This document shows, in pieces, positions 17,308-25,080 of a DNA stretch of 32,000 nucleotides; the stretch's first letter is position 1; each line of letters opens with the position of its first letter. The stretch spans positions 330,001 through 362,000 of the forward strand of contig NZ_CP026606.1 in NCBI RefSeq assembly GCF_002945325.1, written 5' to 3'. Both the position numbers and the translations under genes were made by a program. The DNA is from Methanococcus maripaludis (lineage in GTDB: Archaea > AGJL01 > Methanococci > Methanococcales > Methanococcaceae). The notes under the pieces are model-generated. The model was not told the DNA's origin. It did not search any database and was given only the letters and a program-made list of their open reading frames with translations.

Positions 17308-18903
17308 TTAATGGCCGATCATTTCATCTTTTTCTTCTTCGGACAATATTTTTACGATTTCGTCAGGCTTTCCGGTTTTAATTATTTTTCCGCCCCTTAC
17401 CAAAGCTGCCCGATCGCACACATTTAAAACAAAGTCCATATCGTGCGATACTATAACATATGTTTGATCGAGTTCACTTCTTGATTTTTGGATAGATTCT
17501 GCAACCTGATTTCTCGTTATTGGATCCATTGTTCCAGTTGGCTCGTCCAATAAAATCAGGTGAGGTTCACGGATTAAAACTTGTGCAAGAGCAACCCTGT
17601 GTTTTTCACCGACACTAAGTTCTGAAGGGTGTTTCTCAAGCATGTTTTCAGCTTCTTCTTCAGTAAATCCAACAGAAACTAAAGTGTGTTCTGCTTTCAT
17701 TTTCGCAAATTCACCAGGCATTTCAAGTCCTATTGATTCTGTAAGGTTGTAAAGAATCGTTCTGTGCGGATAAAGACTGTATTCTTGGAATAACATTCCA
17801 ATGTATCTTTTTGCACGTCCCCGATAAAGTGGACCTACTTTTGTCATGTCAACCCATTCATCCGCGAGCCTGAACTCGTAGTTTCCTTTTGATGGAGGAA
17901 TTACTGCTGCAATTATTTTTGAAAGCGTGGTTTTACCAGCACCACTCACACCAACAAGCCCGAAAATTTCTTTTTCATTGATTGAAACGTCAATTCCGTC
18001 AACAGCTTTTACAATACCCCTGTCAACTGAAACATATCTTTTTTCAACATTTTCGAGTTTTAGAAGTTCATCTTTTACCTCAACTTTTTCAAATTCTTTC
18101 ATTGAAGTAACAGTTTTCATAAATTCTTCTACAACATGTTTACTTTCGCCTACAAGCCTCATTTCTCCTTTATCGAGCCATATTGCTTTCTGACAAAGTT
18201 CTTCAATAACTTCTGGCCAGTGTGATGTAATAACCATTGCAATATTGTGTTTTATGACTGCCTCAGTAAGTGCATTGTGAACGAATTTTGCAGTTTTTGG
18301 GTCAAGTGTTCCGGTTGGTTCATCGGCAAGGAATATAACAGGATTTTTCGCAATTTGTCTTGCAAGAACAACTCTCTGTTTCTCACCACCACTCAAATCC
18401 CTTGAAATGTGTGCAACCCTGTGCTCAAGTTTTACCATTTTGATAAGATTTAATGCCCACTCAGTTGCATCTTTTCCTTCATATCCTGCGGCAGTTAAAG
18501 CTTCCATGATGTTTTCTGCAACAGTTTTTTCACCGTAAAGTGCAAATGTTCTTTGGAGCATTATCGCAATTTTTTTCTTTAATGCATAGGTAATTTCATT
18601 ATTATTCCAAAAATCAACAGATTTTGCAACATATTCGGTTTCACATTCACATTTTTTTCCAACCTGAGATGGAGCTTCAACATTTTCACAATGTGGGCAG
18701 TATGCAACGTGATAAATTATCTGTCCAGAGGTAGGTTCATATCCTTCCATACCCCTTAACATGTGCAAAAGTACGGATTTTCCGGCACCACTCCTGCCCA
18801 GAACTCCCATAACGTCCCCTTCATTTAATTCAAAACTTACGTTTTTTAGTACTTCTGTGTCCCCATAACTCTTTGAAACATTTTTCACTTCCAAAAGTAA
18901 CAT
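17308..18903 (-). CDS. atwA: Methyl-coenzyme M reductase system component A2 (double ABC ATPase)
   Basis: Two ABC cassettes (GRSGAGKS…LSGGEKQRV…FLADEPT and GVSGAGKTT…LSVGEKHRV…LLDEPT). The first carries the characteristic Cys-rich insertion (YCPHCENVE…KCECETEY). The ATG at 18903 follows a GGTGGT RBS. Confidence 0.9.
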   Translation of the reverse strand: MLLLEVKNVSKSYGDTEVLKNVSFELNEGDVMGVLGRSGAGKSVLLHMLRGMEGYEPTSGQIIYHVAYCPHCENVEAPSQVGKKCECETEYVAKSVDFWNNNEITYALKKKIAIMLQRTFALYGEKTVAENIMEALTAAGYEGKDATEWALNLIKMVKLEHRVAHISRDLSGGEKQRVVLARQIAKNPVIFLADEPTGTLDPKTAKFVHNALTEAVIKHNIAMVITSHWPEVIEELCQKAIWLDKGEMRLVGESKHVVEEFMKTVTSMKEFEKVEVKDELLKLENVEKRYVSVDRGIVKAVDGIDVSINEKEIFGLVGVSGAGKTTLSKIIAAVIPPSKGNYEFRLADEWVDMTKVGPLYRGRAKRYIGMLFQEYSLYPHRTILYNLTESIGLEMPGEFAKMKAEHTLVSVGFTEEEAENMLEKHPSELSVGEKHRVALAQVLIREPHLILLDEPTGTMDPITRNQVAESIQKSRSELDQTYVIVSHDMDFVLNVCDRAALVRGGKIIKTGKPDEIVKILSEEEKDEMIGH

Positions 18904-18925
18904 TAATACCACCTAAGCGATGCAA

Positions 18926-19321
18926 TTATTCACTATCTCTATTTTTTAATCTTAAACAGTTGGATACCCCGTATTTACAAAATTTACCCCTTTGACATTC
19001 GTCTTCATAGTTACAATCCCTTATTTTATAGTACCCGCCGCCAATATCAATCATTTTTCCATTTATTAATGCATCTGCAACTTTTTTTCTTGCAGATTTT
19101 AAAATATTCCAAAATACTCGTCTTGATATACCCATTTCGTCAGCAGCATCTTCATGAGGATGATTTAAATAATCTACAAGCCTAATGGACTCTAATTCTT
19201 CAAAAGTCAATACTTCCGATTCAAGATCAGTCCGGGGTATTCCAACAGGCTTAAATAATTTAAACTGCGGTTCTTCAGAGATAAGACGAAGTATTTTTGG
19301 TCTTCCTTTTCTAAATTTCAT
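18926..19321 (-). CDS. DUF134 (UPF0251) HTH protein with C-terminal four-Cys extension
   Basis: …FKPVGIPRTDLESEVLTFEELESIRLVDYLNHPHEDAADEMGISRRVFWNILKSARKKVADAL… is a sigma-70 region-4-like DUF134 pattern. The C-terminal tail carries C103-x5-C109-x5-C115-x6-C122. The stop is 13 nt from the track GTG start of atwA (22 nt from the preferred ATG at 18903). Confidence 0.85.
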   Translation of the reverse strand: MKFRKGRPKILRLISEEPQFKLFKPVGIPRTDLESEVLTFEELESIRLVDYLNHPHEDAADEMGISRRVFWNILKSARKKVADALINGKMIDIGGGYYKIRDCNYEDECQRGKFCKYGVSNCLRLKNRDSE

Positions 19322-19331
19322 TTAAAATCAC

Positions 19332-19661
19332 TTATTCTGGTGAATTGACTTCCATTCCTAGAACTGGGAGTTCAACTAATGTATATCTATCATTTTCAAG
19401 CTTTTTTCTAACAAGCTCTTTTATTTTTCCGAGGCATTCGATATTTACTATCGAATTTATAACCACTGTGTCCTGAGATAACTCATTAACTATTTTTATT
19501 GCCATTTCAGGTTCTTCTGCAAGCAAAAAACCTTTCCAATCATCGGGTGACATCCCCTGGTACTCCTTTAAGTAAAAACCAGAAATTCCACCTTCCGAAA
19601 GTGCATTAATGGCTTTTCCAAGATTTTGGCTTTCTACAAACAGCTTTAAAAGTATTCTCAT
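19332..19661 (-). CDS. Small PII-like (GlnB-fold-like) protein with short T-loop region
   Basis: MRILLKLFVESQNLGKAINALSEGGISGFYLKEYQGMS aligns by eye with the beta1-alpha1-beta2 pattern of PII proteins (MKxIxAIIxPxKLxxVxxALxExGVxGMTVxEVxGFG). The C-terminal …RYTLVELPVLGMEV resembles the last PII strand. The assignment is by pattern only. Confidence 0.45.
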   Translation of the reverse strand: MRILLKLFVESQNLGKAINALSEGGISGFYLKEYQGMSPDDWKGFLLAEEPEMAIKIVNELSQDTVVINSIVNIECLGKIKELVRKKLENDRYTLVELPVLGMEVNSPE

Positions 19662-19690
19662 GCGATTCCCCCCTTATAAAATGACTACTT

Positions 19691-19702
19691 ACACATATGT
19701 GT
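19691..19702. promoter_or_regulatory. Perfect 12-bp palindrome ACACATATGTGT between the TATA-like box and the start of the PII-like/DUF134/atwA operon
   Basis: It is self-complementary. Its centre is about 35 nt upstream of the ATG at 19661. It lies immediately downstream (in the minus sense) of ATATATATAG / TATAAAAAAA (19711-19729), about where transcription would initiate. Confidence 0.4.
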
Positions 19703-19766
19703 GAAACATGATATATATAGTTTTTTTATAAAGCACAGGTTTAAATTAATATAATTAGAAAAAAGT

Positions 19767-20417
19767 TTATTGATAGGACTTATTTATTATTTCAAGACCA
19801 TTCTGAAGTATTTTGAACCTTAAATTCTCACCTTCTTTTGCGTGTCGGTGTTTTTCTAAGGTAAGTTTTCTAATGGATTCACTTTTTTCAATCTTTATGA
19901 TTGATTTACTCCAATACTCTAAAAGCCTCCCTCCAGCAGGTTCGATACCATTTATCGAGTCTTTCACCTGGTTCGTAATCAAAATTCCAGAATTTTTCTG
20001 TCGGGATACTTTTAAAAGATTTGAAATCTGTTTTCCAAGCATTCTATTTAATTTAGTATTTTCATTGATTTTGTCACAGAGTTCGAGCCTATAAAGCGAA
20101 ACAATACCGTCAATTATAATAAGTCCAACGTTTTCAAGAAGAAATATCTTTTCTAAAGCTTCGGATTGTTCTTCAAATGAAGACGGTTCGTAAATTATTA
20201 TATTTTTAAGTAATTCATCACAATCCTTTCCAGACAGCTGTTTTATTCTTTCAATAGATAAACTCCCTTCCGTATCGATGTAAACCACATTTTTGCCATT
20301 TTCAATTGCTTTTAACATTGAAATTATACAAATATTTGTCTTTCCAACACCAGGGGGCCCATAAATTTGAGTTATCGTCTTTTTTTCGATATTTCCATTC
20401 AAAAGTTCTTCAAGCAT
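19767..20417 (-). CDS. radB: DNA repair and recombination protein RadB
   Basis: Short RecA/RadA paralog of 216 aa with Walker A GPPGVGKT and Walker B LIIIDG, and no N-terminal HhH domain. Confidence 0.9.
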   Translation of the reverse strand: MLEELLNGNIEKKTITQIYGPPGVGKTNICIISMLKAIENGKNVVYIDTEGSLSIERIKQLSGKDCDELLKNIIIYEPSSFEEQSEALEKIFLLENVGLIIIDGIVSLYRLELCDKINENTKLNRMLGKQISNLLKVSRQKNSGILITNQVKDSINGIEPAGGRLLEYWSKSIIKIEKSESIRKLTLEKHRHAKEGENLRFKILQNGLEIINKSYQ

Positions 20418-20463
20418 AAAATCACATTGATATAATGAAATGTATAATTATATAATAAATAAT

Positions 20464-21738
20464 TTACTTTATATTTTCCAGATCAAAGTCATATAACACG
20501 ATAGGTTTACTTAAATGCCTCCTTGCAGAAGGTGGAACTTCGTAGAATCCTTCTTTGATGCCCCGTTTTACTTCATTTAGTTTTATTTGATTATAATTAA
20601 CTCTTTTACCACAAATATTACATTTATACCCGCTTTTTAACCCTTTAGCTTTCAGGGTTCCGCCACATTCACAAAATTTATTTTTTTCATATATTTTTTG
20701 AAGTGTTACTATTTTTAATTTCTCAATATTTATTTCAAACGGATCCTCTCGAACTGTCCCATAAACTCCAACAAGGTCGCCACAATTGAGTTTTCTGACA
20801 ATATTTCTAAATTCCTTGGTTGGTTCATAGGCAATACAGTCAATTTCGCCGGTATCATCTTTCAGTTTAAATAAAACATGTCCGCCAGTTATTTCTTTTG
20901 GATTTTCAACGATTTTACCGTAAGAAATAACTCCAGTATCTGGATAAATATCGTTTATTTTAGAAAATTTTAAATGAACGTCAGTTCCCTGATTTGTGAT
21001 ATACAGCTGGCATTTATCAACTTCATCCGATTTTACAGTATTTTTAGCTTTTTCTAAAATTTCTCTTGAAATTCCTCTTATCCCGTAAAGAACAGGGCAT
21101 GGCGTGTGGGGAGTAATTATCGATTTTTTTCCGTCAATATTGTTAAATGTAAAAGGAAATGTATCAGTATCCATTTTTATTATTGAATCAATATCAATTT
21201 CTCGCTCTGTTCCCCATTTTTCACTTTTTCGGTATGCCAAAAGTTCGTAAGTAAATGGCGGTTTTGAAGCAATTGCACCAAGAGCTCCAATTATCCCGTG
21301 TCCTTTTTTGTATTTTATATATTCTGCACCGATTTCATTGAGTATTTTTTCAGAATCATTTACTTTTAAAATATCGTATAAAACCGAATTATAGTAATTT
21401 AAAAGTGTTTTTTGGTTTTTTTGATAATTTTCTTCGCTTAAAAAAACAATTCCAGGGTTTGTGTTTTCACAATCAAAATCGCTGAACTTTTCAACTGTTT
21501 CAATCACTAATTTTTTAATGGATTCAATTTCTGATTCATTTAATTTTTTTTCATCTTCAATGATTCTTAAACAAACTCCGCCATTTCCCCTAGTTTTATA
21601 TTTAACCATCGGGTTCATCCTAATTAACTTTGGAGTATCCATAAGATACGTTTTTTGAAGTTCTTCCTGAAGAATAGTTCCAACATAGGTCGTGCAGTAG
21701 TGTTCTCTACTGTCTGTGTCATCAATTCCAATATACAT
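20464..21738 (-). CDS. tiaS: tRNA(Ile2) 2-agmatinylcytidine synthetase TiaS
   Basis: N-terminal MYIGIDDTDS… kinase-like domain, a central OB-like region, and a C-terminal zinc ribbon CECGG…CNICG. The ATG at 21738 follows GTGGT. Confidence 0.85.
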   Translation of the reverse strand: MYIGIDDTDSREHYCTTYVGTILQEELQKTYLMDTPKLIRMNPMVKYKTRGNGGVCLRIIEDEKKLNESEIESIKKLVIETVEKFSDFDCENTNPGIVFLSEENYQKNQKTLLNYYNSVLYDILKVNDSEKILNEIGAEYIKYKKGHGIIGALGAIASKPPFTYELLAYRKSEKWGTEREIDIDSIIKMDTDTFPFTFNNIDGKKSIITPHTPCPVLYGIRGISREILEKAKNTVKSDEVDKCQLYITNQGTDVHLKFSKINDIYPDTGVISYGKIVENPKEITGGHVLFKLKDDTGEIDCIAYEPTKEFRNIVRKLNCGDLVGVYGTVREDPFEINIEKLKIVTLQKIYEKNKFCECGGTLKAKGLKSGYKCNICGKRVNYNQIKLNEVKRGIKEGFYEVPPSARRHLSKPIVLYDFDLENIK

Positions 21739-21866
21739 AATTACCACTTAAATCCAGGTAAAATTTAAATTAAATTTAGATTTAGAAATTTTTATTCGCT
21801 AAAAACATATTTATGTAAACATCGCTATCAAATTATATAAAACTAATTTTTAAATGGAGATTTACC

Positions 21867-23159
21867 ATGCAACCCCTATTTATTCAGAATGCGAGAAAAA
21901 AAGAAAGTGAAGACATAATTAAACAGTTTAGAAAAGAAAAACAGTTTAAATTTAGAAATAATAAAATAAGGCAGAAATTAAACGAAATGCCGATAAACAT
22001 TGATAAATTCATTCTAGATATGGAAAGATTTGATGGAACCCTTAAAAAATATCCTGAAGATTTCATTGTTGAAGAAATAACTCCAAAAGGAACAGTTTTA
22101 GAAGTTGGAAAGGAAATCGGTTTTGAAGATGTTGAAAAGTGGCACGGCTCATTTATCCATTTTACAGTTGAAAAAACGAACTGGAACACGATGGATGCAT
22201 TAAAACAGATCGTAAGAGCAACGAAAACAAAAAGGAAAAATTTTGGATTTGCAGGAACAAAGGATAAATTTGCAGTAACTACCCAAAGATTTGGGTGTTT
22301 TGGACTTAAAAAAGAACAGCTTGAAAATATTAACATTAAAGATATTGTCATTCGCGATGTTCAAAAATCAAACAAAAAACTCAGAATGGGGGACCTCTGG
22401 GGAAACAAGTTTACGATAAAAATTAGAGACTTAAATCTTTCAAAAGACGAAATTAAAAGAATTTCCGATTTAAAATTAGATTATGTATTAAATTACTATG
22501 GAATACAGAGATTTGGACTTGTTAGGCCAATCACACATATCGTTGGAAAATTTATCTATGAAAGAGACTTTGAAAGTGCATTTTACACATACTGTGGAAC
22601 TCCAATAAGTGAAACCGGCGATTCGCTTGAAGCAAGAAAACTCGTTGATATGGGTGAATTTAAAAAAGCTTTAAAATTATTTAATAGAAACCACGACTAC
22701 GAAAAAAGATTAATTCAGCAGTATTTAAAATATAAAGACTTTAAAATGGCTTTTACTGCATTACCGCCACAGTTGAACAGCATGTTTGTAAATGCTTATC
22801 AAGCATACCTATTCAATGAAATGATAAACAAAAGATTTGATTACGGGTTTGATGCATTAGAAGGTGATATATTGGAAGACAATACTCCAACAGGAACGTT
22901 AATTGGATATGATACTAAATTTAGCGGTGGAATTCAGGGTGAAATTGAAAAAGAAATTGTTGAAAGGGAAAATCTTGATTTGAAGAAATTCAAAATTGAA
23001 GACTTTGGAAATTTCTACGGAACTAGAAGAAAAATGGTAACTCCAATTTATGACTTTAAAAGCAGGTTTGAGAATGAAATTTTTGAACTGAGCTTTAAAC
23101 TTGAGCGCGGAAATTACGCTACAATCGTTACAAGAGAATTTACCGGAAATTTGAGTTAA
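21867..23159 (+). CDS. truD: tRNA pseudouridine synthase TruD/Pus7 type
   Basis: Catalytic motif FGFAGTKDKFAVTTQRF plus the …YGIQRFG… and …NAYQAYLFN… motifs. GGAG RBS 7 nt upstream of the ATG at 21867. The N-terminal ~40 aa are unusually basic, so an internal start at 21987 (MPINIDKF) cannot be excluded. Confidence 0.9.
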   Translation: MQPLFIQNARKKESEDIIKQFRKEKQFKFRNNKIRQKLNEMPINIDKFILDMERFDGTLKKYPEDFIVEEITPKGTVLEVGKEIGFEDVEKWHGSFIHFTVEKTNWNTMDALKQIVRATKTKRKNFGFAGTKDKFAVTTQRFGCFGLKKEQLENINIKDIVIRDVQKSNKKLRMGDLWGNKFTIKIRDLNLSKDEIKRISDLKLDYVLNYYGIQRFGLVRPITHIVGKFIYERDFESAFYTYCGTPISETGDSLEARKLVDMGEFKKALKLFNRNHDYEKRLIQQYLKYKDFKMAFTALPPQLNSMFVNAYQAYLFNEMINKRFDYGFDALEGDILEDNTPTGTLIGYDTKFSGGIQGEIEKEIVERENLDLKKFKIEDFGNFYGTRRKMVTPIYDFKSRFENEIFELSFKLERGNYATIVTREFTGNLS

Positions 23160-23165
23160 ATCAAG

Positions 23166-23173
23166 TATATATA
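23166..23173 (+). promoter_or_regulatory. TATA-like box (TATATATA) upstream of the candidate ncRNA
   Basis: Located 7 nt after the truD stop. The predicted initiation point about 25 nt downstream coincides with the start of the first hairpin (23193). Confidence 0.35.
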
Positions 23174-23192
23174 ATAAAAAATACAACATTAC

Positions 23193-23316
23193 TTGGCAGT
23201 TGATTTCGTGATACTGCCAATAGCAGTTCTACCTACAAGGCGGCCATCTTGAGTATCTGTTGAGAGTCAATGAAAACATGGTTTTCCAAAGGTAGATACA
23301 TTAATCCTGCTTTTTT
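23193..23316 (+). ncRNA. Candidate structured small RNA (two hairpins, ACA trinucleotide, oligo-T end); possibly an H/ACA-type guide
   Basis: Noticeably more G+C than its surroundings, in a convergent intergenic gap. Hairpin 1: TTGGCAGT/ACTGCCAA (23193-23200 / 23213-23220) with a 12-nt loop tGAtttcgtGAt. Hairpin 2: lower stem TCTACCT/AGGTAGA (23228-23234 / 23290-23296), internal loop ACAAGGC / TTCCAA, upper stem GGCCAT/ATGGTT (23242-23247 / 23278-23283, 2 G-U pairs). ACA at 23298-23300 and T6 at 23311-23316. Confidence 0.45.
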
Positions 23317-23372
23317 AAAAAATTTAAAAAAAGATTTAAACGATTTTTAAGATTATTTTGTATTTATTAGTA

Positions 23373-23948
23373 TTATTCGTTAATTTTTTTCAAAATCCAC
23401 GCCATATTTTGTCCAAGTAGTTCCATTGTACGTAATCCTTCGGCATCTTTTTGAACATCACCAATATCAAGACCCATTCCTAAATTCCAGTAGTCTGATC
23501 CAACACCTATCATCTGATTTATTGAAAAGAAGTGATTTATTGTGTCAAAAACATGAATTCCCCCAGCCCGCCTTACAGAAACAACTGCTGCTCCGACTTT
23601 TCTTTTTAAAATATCATCGTTTGCTTTTGCTACAAAGCCAGCTCTATCAATTAATGCTTTCATTTCAGCAGTAACGTCTGTAAAATAAGTTGGAGATCCC
23701 AAAATTATTCCATCAGCTTCAATCATCTTTTCTATGCAGTTATTTATTATATCACATTCAATTATGCATTTATTGTTTAATGTTTCAAAACACTTGTAGC
23801 ATGCAGTACATCCCCTAAGCTTTCCGCCAGCAATGTGTATGTGTTCTGTAGTAATTCCTTCTTTTTTTAATTCATTTAAAACTTTATCAATTAAAATAGA
23901 CGTATTTCCGTCCCTTCTTGGACTCCCGTTAAATGCAACTACTTTCAA
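23373..23948 (-). CDS. Iron-sulfur flavoprotein (Isf-like) / NADPH-dependent FMN reductase family
   Basis: MKVVAFNGSPRRDGNTS flavodoxin-like start and a compact Cys cluster CTACYKCFETLNNKC (CX2CX2CX7C). TTG start with a GGTGGGAT RBS. Confidence 0.85.
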   Translation of the reverse strand: MKVVAFNGSPRRDGNTSILIDKVLNELKKEGITTEHIHIAGGKLRGCTACYKCFETLNNKCIIECDIINNCIEKMIEADGIILGSPTYFTDVTAEMKALIDRAGFVAKANDDILKRKVGAAVVSVRRAGGIHVFDTINHFFSINQMIGVGSDYWNLGMGLDIGDVQKDAEGLRTMELLGQNMAWILKKINE

Positions 23949-24044
23949 TATCCCACCTTCAAAAATAATCCATGTTTGATTTTATGATTTTGAGAAGTGA
24001 TATATTTTTGCATGGATTTAATAAAAAAAAGTTTAAAAAAAGAT

Positions 24045-24845
24045 TTATTGTTTTTCTACAGCTTTTAAGTCATTTTCAAGATTATCTGAAAATTCCATAC
24101 TGTAAAATTCTCCAGAAGTTGGGAGAACCATATAAAATTCTGGTGTCGTATCAAATGAAGCTTCAACAGACTCGATTTCAAAATCAAGAATGTGTCCTCC
24201 TGCCAATTTATCATCAGTTATGAAGTGTAAGTGGTATAACGGAACGTTTAAACCAGACATGAATTCAGGAACCCAGAATCCGACAACAGTTCCAGAAACG
24301 TTTTCAAATTCAAATACTGACTGATTTTTTACAGCATCTACCAGTTTTTTATAGGGTTTTTCTTGTGCTGGAACACTTCTTGTTTTCATTTTTGAGAAAG
24401 TCCCAGTTAATTTTACTGCATAAACCATATTTTTTGAAGGGAATTTCGATTCAAAATATGATTCAAATTCTGAAATATTCATATCATTTAAAAAATACGT
24501 TTCATCGTTTTCAAATGAAGTAACTGTTGCAAAAGGAGTTGTTACATTTTCAACCTTGTATGCTACACCATCTGATTTAACCTGGTAGCATATTCCATCC
24601 AAAACAACCATTTCACCATCGAGTTTATCAAAAGTACCTATTCCAAAATCCCCGTGGGTTACAAGTTCATTTACAGGTACAAATCCATCATAAATGCTTT
24701 CCATCAACGCGTTTATCGTGGATACCTGATATAAAACATCTGAAACCTGTTCTGACCTGAATTCTGAAACAGAACTGTCATTTGTAGAAATACAGCCAGA
24801 AAATAACACCATTATAACTACCAAAAATTTTACAAACCTATCCAT
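24045..24845 (-). CDS. Alpha-acetolactate decarboxylase-family protein with signal/lipobox-like N-terminus
   Basis: …YQVSTINALMESIYDGFVPVNELVTHGDFGIGTFDKLDGEMVVLDGICYQV… closely follows the ALDC family pattern. The N-terminus MDRFVKFLVVIMVLFSGCISTND looks like an export signal ending in a lipobox-like SGC. GGGAGGAT RBS. Confidence 0.85.
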   Translation of the reverse strand: MDRFVKFLVVIMVLFSGCISTNDSSVSEFRSEQVSDVLYQVSTINALMESIYDGFVPVNELVTHGDFGIGTFDKLDGEMVVLDGICYQVKSDGVAYKVENVTTPFATVTSFENDETYFLNDMNISEFESYFESKFPSKNMVYAVKLTGTFSKMKTRSVPAQEKPYKKLVDAVKNQSVFEFENVSGTVVGFWVPEFMSGLNVPLYHLHFITDDKLAGGHILDFEIESVEASFDTTPEFYMVLPTSGEFYSMEFSDNLENDLKAVEKQ

Positions 24846-24925
24846 ATTATCCTCCCATTTTAAATGAAAAATACATATAATTAAAAGGGTATAAATAATA
24901 AATGATTTGGTTTTAGGTGTAATTT

Positions 24926-25072
24926 ATGAAATGGCTTGAAGAATTGACTGAATTATTGGAATGTCCAATCTGTAAAGGAAATTTAAAGCTTTTAGGCAAT
25001 AAATTATGCTGTAAAAAATGTAAAAAAGTTTATTTCATTAAAGATAAAATCCCGGTACTCCTTGACGAATAG
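24926..25072 (+). CDS. Trm112-family small zinc-ribbon protein (48 aa)
   Basis: MKWLEELTELLECPICKGNLKLLGNKLCCKKCKKVYFIKDKIPVLLDE has the CPxC…C(x2)C…Y.I.D.IPVLL pattern of Trm112/UPF0434. AGGTG RBS at 24915-24919. It is below the ORF-track cutoff. Its TAG stop overlaps the AGGTGA RBS of the next gene. Confidence 0.8.
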   Translation: MKWLEELTELLECPICKGNLKLLGNKLCCKKCKKVYFIKDKIPVLLDE

Positions 25073-25080
25073 GTGATTTT

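Noticed and set aside
21748-21866. A/T-rich repeats AAATTTAAATTAAATTTAGATTTAGAAATTT in the tiaS/truD divergent promoter region, and TTAAGTTTAC x2 (28654-28663 and 28729-28738) upstream of the marker-15 gene.
   Set aside because: These are short, low-complexity A/T repeats of a kind expected by chance in intergenic DNA of this composition. They have no symmetric structure or positional logic beyond ordinary promoter A/T richness.
21884-22351. 155-aa minus-strand ORF antisense to truD (and 22899-23189).
   Set aside because: In this antisense frame, stops require a sense codon ending in T or C followed by TA or CA, which is rare, so long open frames are expected. There is no RBS or motif.
23235-23289. 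Tempting resemblance of the predicted guide target half GCCUUGU to the bacterial 16S decoding-region sequence (…GGCCUUGUACACACC…).
   Set aside because: As I recall, archaeal 16S rRNA reads …CUCCUUGCACACACC… there, which would not pair perfectly. I cannot check this organism's rRNA from this window, so no target is claimed.
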